Part shown: piece after piece, positions 1 through 7,756 of the stretch
How the letters are laid out: each line of letters opens with the position of its first letter
Position numbering within the stretch: position 1 is the stretch's first letter
IMG/VR virus record: IMGVR_UViG_3300047283_000013
Location: 1 to 28,149 of that record
Source of the DNA: a virus
Lineage: Duplodnaviria > Caudoviricetes
DNA length: 28,149 nt
Reading direction: 5' to 3' (one strand)
Position numbers and translations under genes: made by a program
Notes under the pieces: model-generated
Database searches by the model: none
What the model was told of the DNA's origin: nothing
What the model saw: only the letters and a program-made list of their open reading frames with translations

Positions 1-2
1 AC

Positions 3-2636
3 CTTCAAGACCCAGAAGAAGAGTACTTTGAGCTTCTTATTGACTCCAATAGAGAGGGTGATAAGCCTACTTTTGAAGCTAAGAGCCAACACTTCAACCC
101 CTCAACAATAGCTCATACAAGGGCGTCTGTCCGTGTGGATAACCGCGGAGAGTACATTCTCCCAGAGGAGTTTCAGGCAGACTTGCTTCAAAAAGGGTAT
201 TCAGAGCCTCGTGCAAAACGCGGTATAGTCTCTCCTGCAGAGGCTGTTGAAAGAAAGAAAAATACTCTGACAACATACGGCGGGTACGATGAGACTGACA
301 TGGAACTCCTTAAAATTTTTGGGGAGGATCGTTTTTACTCAGTGTACTACGACCAAATACCCAACTCAATTGAGAGTTTCGTAGAAAAAATTGGCCCTGA
401 GAAACTCCTTCCGGGGAAAACAAAAGATGAAGTCCTTGATATAATTAACTCTTCGGGTTCCCCGTCAGACAGCCTTATCGGACTTTACGCCAACTATAAG
501 GCAGGTTTTAAGAACACTAACAGCGAACTAAATGATATGTTAGGTCTTACAGACGAGACACCTGCTAGTTCAAGAGGGCTTACCCCCACTTCAGATGAGG
601 CTTGGGATTATTACGACAGTATTAAAGACACGTACTTTAACATTATTAGCGATGAAATCTCGGTCTTTGAAGAACCCGGAACCTCTTTACCTCCCATTAA
701 AAAGATTGAAGAGAGTGTCAAGCTGACTCTTGGTGCACTGATTGCAGAAGCAGATAAGCGTGGCATTGACCGTATTGTGATTCCACCTTTTGAGAGAATT
801 GTTGCAAAACGCTTTAGGCCGGGTTCGGAGGGTTACAAGAAAGCTCTTGATCCTAAGAGTGGTTTTTACAAGACTTACGTTAAGTCTACACAAGCCGCCA
901 TTAAAGACCTTGAGGAAGAGTTTGGTAGAGGAAATATCAGTTCAAGACCTGTTGATATGAACTATGAACCTCTCGGATACGTTACTGACACGGACACAAA
1001 GGAAACTGTAGACCTCCCTGTGACAGGTACTGAGATTAATTTTAAAGGTCTAAGAGAGTCAGGCTATGACCTTAAGAGACTAAGATTTGCCGAAGGTGGC
1101 ATGGTAGAGGAAGACCAAATGAATAGACTGATGCAAGAAGGTGGCATGACTGACGACGGAATGAGTGTCGAGCCTGTCACTGGTAACGAAATCCCTCCGG
1201 GTTCTATGGCCTCGGAAGTGCGTGATGATATCCCTGCACAACTGTCAGAGGGTGAGTATATTGTTCCTGCTGATGTCGTCCGCTTCTTTGGTGTAAGGTT
1301 CTTTGAAGACCTCCGTAGTCAGGCTAAGCAGGGTCTCCAAGAGATGGATGCTGATGGTCGTATCGGTGGTACCCCCGTAGACGCTCAGGGAGTGCCTGTG
1401 GGAGGTCAAGATGAGGAGCTTACCCCTGAGGAAGAGCAGATGCTTATGGAGGTTCTTGGTTCCTCTGGTGCTGCTACAGGCATGGCTTACGGTGGTATGG
1501 CGCAAAACCTACAACAGCCTATGAGCAATCCCTACCAAGACCAGTCAGCCCTCTATCAACCCCCTAGAGCTATTGCTACTGCTGCACCTGCACTTGTGGG
1601 TATGGCTGAGGGAGGTAGTCTCATGGGTCAAACTTTTACAGGTTTTGAATCCCGCCGCTACTACAACCCTGAAACTAAACAAGAGATGACCATTAACTTC
1701 CTTGATGGTAGACCTCTTGGTATGATCCCCACTGGCTTTGTTCCGTGGTCCGCTGAACTTGTTGCTGCCGAAGTAAAACCTGTTGAACCAGAAGTGCCAG
1801 AAGGTATGGGTGCACAAGATGGTGACAGAGGTAGAGACGGGGGTGATGCTGGAGCAGATGGTGACGGCAGTGCAGGGTATCGTGGTTGGGCAGAAAAGAA
1901 TGCTGAGGCAATTAACTCTGACCCCCTAGGGTTTGGTATGAGTGCACTTGAGGGTAAAAAAGGGTTCTTGACTGACAGACAAATGGCGGGTGTTGCGGGA
2001 TTGGTCAACCCTGCTCTTGGTATCGGTGTTATGGGTGCTTCTGTTATTGGTGACATCCAGAATATTGCCGAAGCTAGGGCTGCTGTCGAAATTGCAAAAG
2101 CACAAGGTTTGAACACGGATGCTTTGGAGGCAAAGATTGACGTAGCTGTAGAAGCTCTTCCCGGAATGTTTAGAGGGCTAGTCAGAAATGAAGTCTTTGG
2201 TTCTGGTAAAAACCTAACAGCGTCTGCCTCAACTGTTGGTGCTGGCGCAGTTACTTCTGGTGCAGGTGCTGCTGCAGCTACTTCTGGTGCACCTGCTGGC
2301 AAGAGTGGTGACCGTGATAGAGCCACTGACAGAGATTTTTCTCGTACAACCTCTGGAAAAGACCTTGGTTTTGGTAAGGCGACAGAAGGTAAGAGTGTCA
2401 GCACGGGGACCATCAGCACTGGCGGGGACCGTAAAGACCTTGGTTTTGGTAAGGCGACAGAAGGTAAGAGTGTCAGCACTGACTCCAATAAAGACCTCTC
2501 TATGGGTACATCTGCTGGAGGGGCTGGCGGGAGTGCAGGGGCAAGTAACCGTAGTGGTGGAGCTTTTGCACCGGGTGGTCTTGTCTCTAAGAAAGCTCCT
2601 ACTGCAAAGAAACCTAGAAAAGGTCTTGCTTCCTAA
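3..2636 (+). CDS. Large multi-module head-region/internal virion protein, 5'-truncated
   Basis: The frame of ORF 135..2636 is open from base 3 (LQDPEEEYFELL...HTRASVRVDNRGEY), so the gene starts before the window. It contains H-x-R...EEFQAD, a DDIPAQLSEGEYIVPADVV motif, several [MF]xxGG motifs and a Gly/Ser/Thr-rich tail. It lies directly upstream of the scaffold gene. Confidence 0.8.
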   Translation, partial: LQDPEEEYFELLIDSNREGDKPTFEAKSQHFNPSTIAHTRASVRVDNRGEYILPEEFQADLLQKGYSEPRAKRGIVSPAEAVERKKNTLTTYGGYDETDMELLKIFGEDRFYSVYYDQIPNSIESFVEKIGPEKLLPGKTKDEVLDIINSSGSPSDSLIGLYANYKAGFKNTNSELNDMLGLTDETPASSRGLTPTSDEAWDYYDSIKDTYFNIISDEISVFEEPGTSLPPIKKIEESVKLTLGALIAEADKRGIDRIVIPPFERIVAKRFRPGSEGYKKALDPKSGFYKTYVKSTQAAIKDLEEEFGRGNISSRPVDMNYEPLGYVTDTDTKETVDLPVTGTEINFKGLRESGYDLKRLRFAEGGMVEEDQMNRLMQEGGMTDDGMSVEPVTGNEIPPGSMASEVRDDIPAQLSEGEYIVPADVVRFFGVRFFEDLRSQAKQGLQEMDADGRIGGTPVDAQGVPVGGQDEELTPEEEQMLMEVLGSSGAATGMAYGGMAQNLQQPMSNPYQDQSALYQPPRAIATAAPALVGMAEGGSLMGQTFTGFESRRYYNPETKQEMTINFLDGRPLGMIPTGFVPWSAELVAAEVKPVEPEVPEGMGAQDGDRGRDGGDAGADGDGSAGYRGWAEKNAEAINSDPLGFGMSALEGKKGFLTDRQMAGVAGLVNPALGIGVMGASVIGDIQNIAEARAAVEIAKAQGLNTDALEAKIDVAVEALPGMFRGLVRNEVFGSGKNLTASASTVGAGAVTSGAGAAAATSGAPAGKSGDRDRATDRDFSRTTSGKDLGFGKATEGKSVSTGTISTGGDRKDLGFGKATEGKSVSTDSNKDLSMGTSAGGAGGSAGASNRSGGAFAPGGLVSKKAPTAKKPRKGLAS
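2358..2479 (+). repeat. Perfect 47-bp direct repeat (2358-2404 and 2433-2479) encoding KDLGFGKATEGKSVST twice
   Basis: AAAGACCTTGGTTTTGGTAAGGCGACAGAAGGTAAGAGTGTCAGCAC occurs twice, 75 bp apart and in frame. Confidence 0.95.
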
Positions 2637-2654
2637 GTAAGATTGTGGTATATA
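2626..2654 (+). promoter_or_regulatory. Putative sigma70-type promoter for the scaffold gene
   Basis: TTGCTT (2626-2631), 17-bp spacer, TGnTATATA (-10 at 2649-2654), in an AT-rich gap upstream of RBS AAGGA and ATG 2704. Confidence 0.4.
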
Positions 2655-2703
2655 AAATATAAGGCTACCCGGCTTAGGCTGGCCCCAACATAAAGGATAA
2701 AGA

Positions 2704-3573
2704 ATGTCTGTTACTAAAGTCTACGTTGATTCTAATTTCTCACACAGTCGTAATCGTAAACGTATTGAGGCTGATGAAAAAGAACTTGAAGAACTAATTG
2801 GTAAGTCTAGAACCTCAGGGCAAGAAGAAGAAAAAGAACAAGAAGAAGAGCCAGAGGTTAAGGCACAAGAGTCTGAACCTGAACCCACTGACCCGGAAGA
2901 AAAGTCTTTTAAGAAACGCTACGGCGATCTTCGTAGACACCTCTCTGACAAAGAGAAAGAGTGGGAAGCTAAGTTTGAGGAGTTGAAGAACTCTGTTAGC
3001 GGCACCAAAGTACTCCCTCCCAAGTCAGACGAGGACATTGCTGCATGGGCACGTAAGTACCCTGATGTGGCTTCTATCGTAGAAACTATTGCTACTAAGA
3101 AGGCAGACGAGAAGCTGTCACAGTACAAGAGTAAGTTTGATGAGTATGAGAAGCTGAGCTACGACGCCTCTCGTAACAAAGCAATGGATGCTATCCGTCA
3201 GGCTCACTCGGACTTTGATGCTCTCCGTAAGTCAGACGAGTTCCACAACTGGGCAGAAGAACAACCCAAGTGGGTTCAGGACGCCCTGTATGAAAACGAA
3301 GAGGATGCTCGTGCAGTTATCCGTGTTCTTGATCTCTACAAAGTCGATAAGGGTATGACCCCCTCGGCACGTAAGGAAAAGACCAAGGAAGCCGCATCCC
3401 TCGTCACCTCGAAGAACAAAGCCAACATGGACTTTGAGAATGACGGCGAGAAGATTCTTGAGTCTCGTGTTGCCAAGATGAGCATGGACGAGTATGCCAA
3501 AAATGAAAAGAAGATCATGGAGGCCATCCGCAAGGGGAGCTTTGTGTATGATCTCTCTGGTGGTGCAAGATAA
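2704..3573 (+). CDS. Capsid scaffolding protein
   Basis: 289 aa, highly charged and helical with an acidic N-terminal region and EEKSFKKRYGDLRRH, ending ...IMEAIRKGSFVYDLSGGAR. It lies immediately upstream of the major capsid gene and has RBS AAGGA. Confidence 0.8.
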   Translation: MSVTKVYVDSNFSHSRNRKRIEADEKELEELIGKSRTSGQEEEKEQEEEPEVKAQESEPEPTDPEEKSFKKRYGDLRRHLSDKEKEWEAKFEELKNSVSGTKVLPPKSDEDIAAWARKYPDVASIVETIATKKADEKLSQYKSKFDEYEKLSYDASRNKAMDAIRQAHSDFDALRKSDEFHNWAEEQPKWVQDALYENEEDARAVIRVLDLYKVDKGMTPSARKEKTKEAASLVTSKNKANMDFENDGEKILESRVAKMSMDEYAKNEKKIMEAIRKGSFVYDLSGGAR

Positions 3574-3586
3574 TCTAAGATAGTCC

Positions 3587-3614
3587 TTGACAAGTAAGGG
3601 CTTCTTCATATAAC
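3587..3614 (+). promoter_or_regulatory. sigma70-type promoter for the capsid operon
   Basis: Consensus -35 TTGACA (3587-3592), 16-bp spacer and TATAAC (3609-3614), at the start of the 276-bp intergenic region. Confidence 0.7.
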
Positions 3615-3620
3615 TACCAA

Positions 3621-3815
3621 CAAATAGCTGCGGCCTCTTGGTGATAGTACGCCCTAAGACACCCTCGGCTATTTGTTTTACCCTAAAGTCTAAACGATCA
3701 ATAAGACCTACCTGATTAGGTGTAGGCCCACAGTCCTTAAGCGATAACTGATCCTTATAGTTTATAGACCGTGCACCCTAAAAACCCCTCAGCCTCTTAG
3801 ACGTGTGTTTAGCTT
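3621..3815 (+). promoter_or_regulatory. Structured 5' leader of the major capsid gene (two long hairpins)
   Basis: CAAATAGCTG(3621-3630)/CGGCTATTTG(3666-3675) encloses TCTTGG/CTAAGA. A second nested hairpin has CTAAAC/GTTTAG, AAGA/TCTT, CTGA/TCAG, TAGG/CCTA and CACAGTC/GACCGTG. Pairings were made by eye. Confidence 0.65.
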
Positions 3816-3849
3816 CTAATCAAAGCCAAATATCATAGGAGGATTTCTC

Positions 3850-4923
3850 ATGGCTTTTCAATCCGCTGCAGGCTATTCGAACCTGCCCAACGGTAACTTC
3901 TCTTCGGTAATTTACTCGAAGAAAGTTCAACTTGCTTTCCGTAAGGCCACTGTTGCTGGTGACATTACGAACTCGGACTACTTTGGTGAAATCTCGGCTC
4001 AGGGTGATACCGTCCGCATCATCAAAGAACCGGAAATCTCGGTGTCGGCCTACTCGCGTGGCACTCAAATCCAAGCACAAGACCTCGACGACGAAGACTT
4101 CTCGCTGGTTATCGACAAGGCAAACTCTTTCGCCTTCAAAGTTGATGACATCGAGTCGGCTCACTCGCACGTCAACTTCATGGACCTTGCTACCAACCGT
4201 GCGGCTTACCGTCTGGCTGACCAGCATGACCAAGAAGTTCTGGGTTACATCTCGGGCTACAAGCAGACTGCTCTGCACTCGAATGCTGACGCTGTGAATG
4301 ACATTGTGAATGGCACCAAAGCTATCACCACGGCTGGTTCGGACGAACTGCTGACTTCCATGAAGCTGTCGCGCCCCTCGTTTGGCAACCTGACCACTGC
4401 AGGTTCGGTTGGTGACTCGATTCCGGTTGCTGCTCGTCTTCCGGGTGCTTCTGCTCTGCCGACCACCTACGTCTCGCCCGTCATGCTCATCAACCGCATG
4501 GGCCGTCTGCTCGACCAGCAGAATGTTGACAAGGCTGGCCGCTGGCTGGTCATCGACTCCGTCCTGATGGAAGTTCTGATGGACGAAGACTCGCGCTTCC
4601 TGAATGCAGACTTCGGTGATTCGGGTGCTCTGCGTAATGGTCTGACTATTCCGAATTGGAACGGCTTCCGTGTCTACGTGTCGCAAAACCTGCCGCAAGT
4701 CGGTACTGGTTCGGACACCGTGAACGCTTCTGCTCAGTCCACGAACTACGGTGTGATCGTTGCTGGTCATGACTCGGCTGTTGCTACCGCTGAGCAGATC
4801 AACAAGACCGAAACCTACCGTGACCCGGACTCGTTTGCTGACGTTGTGCGTGGCTTGCACCTCTATGGTCGTAAGATTCTGCGCCCGGAAGCTATCACCG
4901 TCGCTCGTTACAACCTCGCCTAA
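3850..4923 (+). CDS. Major capsid protein (HK97 fold)
   Basis: 357 aa with typical podovirus coat motifs (NFSSVIYSKK, ITNSDYFGEI, GDTVRII, ETYRDPDSFADVVRGLHLYGRKILRPEA). Strong RBS AGGAGGA, biased codon usage and a double TAA stop. Confidence 0.93.
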   Translation: MAFQSAAGYSNLPNGNFSSVIYSKKVQLAFRKATVAGDITNSDYFGEISAQGDTVRIIKEPEISVSAYSRGTQIQAQDLDDEDFSLVIDKANSFAFKVDDIESAHSHVNFMDLATNRAAYRLADQHDQEVLGYISGYKQTALHSNADAVNDIVNGTKAITTAGSDELLTSMKLSRPSFGNLTTAGSVGDSIPVAARLPGASALPTTYVSPVMLINRMGRLLDQQNVDKAGRWLVIDSVLMEVLMDEDSRFLNADFGDSGALRNGLTIPNWNGFRVYVSQNLPQVGTGSDTVNASAQSTNYGVIVAGHDSAVATAEQINKTETYRDPDSFADVVRGLHLYGRKILRPEAITVARYNLA

Positions 4924-4933
4924 TAAAGACCCT

Positions 4934-4957
4934 AGGGTATCCTTCACGGGGTACCCT
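4934..4957 (+). other. Intergenic hairpin after the capsid gene (mRNA stabiliser or weak terminator)
   Basis: AGGGTATCCT-TCAC-GGGGTACCCT, with no clear U-tract following. Confidence 0.55.
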
Positions 4958-4983
4958 TAACCGCCATAGGAAAGGACACTTAA

Positions 4984-5472
4984 ATGGCTACTGTTACTAC
5001 TCTTGCGGGCGGGTCTGTTGATGGCTTCACCGCTGGGCGTATGCCCTACTTCAAGGAAGTTCTGATTGACTTCGCTGCTGCTGCAACTGCTAAGGGTTCG
5101 GCTCTGGCTGCTGCTGACGTGATCGAAGCAATCTCGGTTCCTGCCAACACCATGATCCTGAATGCTGGTCTGGAAGTTATCACCGTTGCTGGTGGTGAAT
5201 CGAACGACACGACTGTTGACCTTGGTGTGACCACGACTGAGCCGGATAACTTCGTTGATGGTTTCGACCTTGACGCTGCTGCTGCAGGTGCTTACGCTCA
5301 GAACGCTGCTGCTTTCCAGCCCTTGGTTATCGGCACTGCTGACACCATTGACCTGCTGATTGCTACCGCTACGACTGCTCCGACCTCGGGTGTGGTTCGT
5401 GTGTGGGCTGTTCTGATGGACATTGATGCACGTAAGACCGCTGCGGAAGTTGACCGCGACGTTCTCGCATAA
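4984..5472 (+). CDS. Putative capsid decoration/minor capsid protein
   Basis: 162 aa, Ala/Thr/Val-rich and beta-strand-like. It follows the capsid gene, has the same biased codon usage and has RBS AAGGA. Confidence 0.6.
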   Translation: MATVTTLAGGSVDGFTAGRMPYFKEVLIDFAAAATAKGSALAAADVIEAISVPANTMILNAGLEVITVAGGESNDTTVDLGVTTTEPDNFVDGFDLDAAAAGAYAQNAAAFQPLVIGTADTIDLLIATATTAPTSGVVRVWAVLMDIDARKTAAEVDRDVLA

Positions 5473-5481
5473 TGACTAACT

Positions 5482-5520
5482 TAGGGGGGCTGCTGCATGT
5501 GGCCCCCTTATGCCCTTTTT
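5482..5520 (+). terminator. Putative intrinsic terminator after the capsid/decoration genes
   Basis: GC-rich stem TAGGGGGGCTGC-TGCAT-GTGGCCCCCTTA followed by TGCCCTTTTT; the U-tract is slightly displaced. Confidence 0.55.
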
Positions 5521-5532
5521 ACAGGTACTTAA

Positions 5533-6228
5533 ATGTCCAACTACGTCACCCTTGTCAACAAACTTCTTGTCAGATTGAATGAAGTCCCGCTTGACGTGGG
5601 TGGTGTAGCCTTTGATACTACACGTAACGTACAAGAACTTGCTAAGAATGCAATTAATGACGCTATTCGTTTAATTATTCAGACAGGTGAAGAGTGGCCC
5701 TTTCTCAAGGTTACTTACACACAAACCCTTACAGCCAATACCAAGACCTACAACTTTCCCGCCAGCTTTTCTAGTGCAGACTGGGAAACCTTCTATCTCA
5801 AGAAGTCTGTAGACAACGCCCCGGCATACCTTCCTGCCATTGACTATCAAAAGTACATTCAAAACTTCCGTGCTCTGGACGACGAGAACACCACTGGTGC
5901 TGTTCCTCAGTTGGTCTATGACACGCACTCTGATAGCTTTGGCGTTTATCCTAATCCTAATATTGCATACGATATTGAGTACGTTTACTGGTCTGTCCCT
6001 TCAGACTTGCAACTGTACAATGATGAGTGCATTATCCCCAGTCGCTTTGACCATGTTATTGTTGATGGCGCAATGATGATTATGATGCGTTTCCGTAGCA
6101 ATGACCAGAGTGCAGAAATTCACCAGCGTAACTTCGAGAATGGTATCCGCAAGATGCGTAGAGTGGTCATGGACCAGCCCCTCAAAGTTACCTCTACCGT
6201 GATTGAAGGGTCCACGAATGCCCGATAA
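5533..6228 (+). CDS. Tail adaptor / tail tubular protein A-like
   Basis: 231 aa starting MSNYVTLVNKLLVRLNEV, with WPF, YPNP..Y.I.Y.Y and IPSRFDHVIVDGA patterns of podovirus head-tail adaptors, in the expected position. Confidence 0.7.
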   Translation: MSNYVTLVNKLLVRLNEVPLDVGGVAFDTTRNVQELAKNAINDAIRLIIQTGEEWPFLKVTYTQTLTANTKTYNFPASFSSADWETFYLKKSVDNAPAYLPAIDYQKYIQNFRALDDENTTGAVPQLVYDTHSDSFGVYPNPNIAYDIEYVYWSVPSDLQLYNDECIIPSRFDHVIVDGAMMIMMRFRSNDQSAEIHQRNFENGIRKMRRVVMDQPLKVTSTVIEGSTNAR

Positions 6229-7756
6229 TCTAGCCTCCTTTAAGGTGTTCTGCGCTGGGGGGCTTAACACAAGTCGGGATGTTCTCTCTCAGGGTGAACT
6301 TTCTCCCGGCTCAGCGATTGCCTTGATTAACTATGAACCTGCTGTTACTGGTGGTTACAGAAAAGTCAGTGGTTATGCAAATGACTATGGTACTGTTCCC
6401 GGTACAGCAGGTGTCTTGGGTGTCTGTGTTGCTAACGGGATTAACAATGGTATCCTTGCTTGCAGAAAACCTAGCGCAGGTAACAACTACCTTCACTACT
6501 GGAATACCTCCACGAGTGCTTGGGTTGCTGTAACTACCTCAGGCTCCCCCACCATGACAGGGGTGACGAAGGTTCGTTTCTCTAAGTACAACTGGTCTGG
6601 CCCTAAGGTTGTTCTGACTGACGGTGTAAATCCTGCTGCCACATACGACGGCACCACTTACACTCAGATCACAGACGCTAACGCACCCAACTCCCCCAAG
6701 TACTCATCCATCTTCAAGAACCATGTGTTCCTTGCCGGGGACGCCACTGACCCCTACAACCTATACTTCAGTGCTCCCTACGGCGAAACTGACTACAACC
6801 CTGTCAATGGCGCTGGTGTAATCAACGTAGGTTTCCCTATCGTCCAGATCAAGCCCTTCCGTGATGCCCTCTACATTTTTGGTAGCAACAACATCAGGAA
6901 GTTGGTTGGTAACACGGTTGCAGACTTCCTTGTAGAGAATGTGACTGACGACCTTGGTTGCATGGCTACTGATAGTGTAATTGAAATTGGTGGTGACCTT
7001 CTCTTTCTGTCGCAGGATGGCCTTCGCCCTGTTAGTGGTACGGACAAGATTGGTGACGTGAACCTTGAGACTGTCTCTAAGGACATCCAGTCGGTCTTCA
7101 CTGACATCGTGTTCAACGTAGACCTTGATGGCTTGAATGCCGTTGTTCTAAGACAAAAGACTCAGTTCCGTATCTTCTTCAAAGCCTCAGATTCTCAGGG
7201 TATCATTGGTGGCTTTAGGCAGGCAGAGGGTGGACTGCAGTTTGAGTATGGTCAGCTTCTTGGTATTGAGGCTACCTGTGCAGACAGCGGCTACCTTGGA
7301 CAGTACGAGTTTGTGATCCACGGAGATTCTGCGGGTAAGGTCCACAGACAAGAGCGTGGGAATAGTTTTGACGGTACTTCCATTTTCTCTCTGTATCAAA
7401 CTCCCTATCTCCATATGGAAGACCCGGAGCAGAGAAAGATTGTGTACTCTGTAAACACTTATCTTCGTTCTGAGGGTGACAATTCTATTGTTCTGTCTGT
7501 CCTGTACGATTACGAGGATTTTAATACACTTAACCCTAGCAACTACACGTTGACCACTGCAGGCGCAGCAGCATACTATAACGAAGCCTTGTACGACAGC
7601 ACCGCAATCTTTGATGGTAACCCTTCACCAGTGCAAAGAGTGAACGTGTCTGGTTCTGGTAGGGCAGTGTCTTTCAAGTACGTTACAAACGATACTAATG
7701 CTTCCCACAGTGTTCAAGGTTTGGTTGTTGTCTTTGGCGTTGGAGATAAGAGATAA
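6218..7756 (+). CDS. Tail nozzle / tail tubular protein B-like (P22 gp10-like stabilisation protein)
   Basis: About 512 aa, beta-rich, with N-terminal GGLN and DLLFLSQDGLR motifs. Start moved to ATG 6218, overlapping the adaptor end. Confidence 0.7.
   Translation: MPDNLASFKVFCAGGLNTSRDVLSQGELSPGSAIALINYEPAVTGGYRKVSGYANDYGTVPGTAGVLGVCVANGINNGILACRKPSAGNNYLHYWNTSTSAWVAVTTSGSPTMTGVTKVRFSKYNWSGPKVVLTDGVNPAATYDGTTYTQITDANAPNSPKYSSIFKNHVFLAGDATDPYNLYFSAPYGETDYNPVNGAGVINVGFPIVQIKPFRDALYIFGSNNIRKLVGNTVADFLVENVTDDLGCMATDSVIEIGGDLLFLSQDGLRPVSGTDKIGDVNLETVSKDIQSVFTDIVFNVDLDGLNAVVLRQKTQFRIFFKASDSQGIIGGFRQAEGGLQFEYGQLLGIEATCADSGYLGQYEFVIHGDSAGKVHRQERGNSFDGTSIFSLYQTPYLHMEDPEQRKIVYSVNTYLRSEGDNSIVLSVLYDYEDFNTLNPSNYTLTTAGAAAYYNEALYDSTAIFDGNPSPVQRVNVSGSGRAVSFKYVTNDTNASHSVQGLVVVFGVGDKR

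Noticed and set aside
3574-3849. tRNA gene or cobalamin riboswitch in the long intergenic region
   Set aside because: I could not find a cloverleaf with a T-loop GTTC motif or a B12-box by eye. An Infernal/tRNAscan run would be needed to exclude them formally.
3820-4947. 375-aa antisense ORF covering the major capsid gene
   Set aside because: It mirrors a strongly codon-biased gene, which suppresses antisense stops. It has no recognisable motifs and opposes the direction of the whole arm.
4915-4990. Possible T7-like frameshift or readthrough extension of the capsid protein into the next gene
   Set aside because: The capsid gene ends in tandem TAA TAA with no obvious slippery site, and the next gene has its own RBS.
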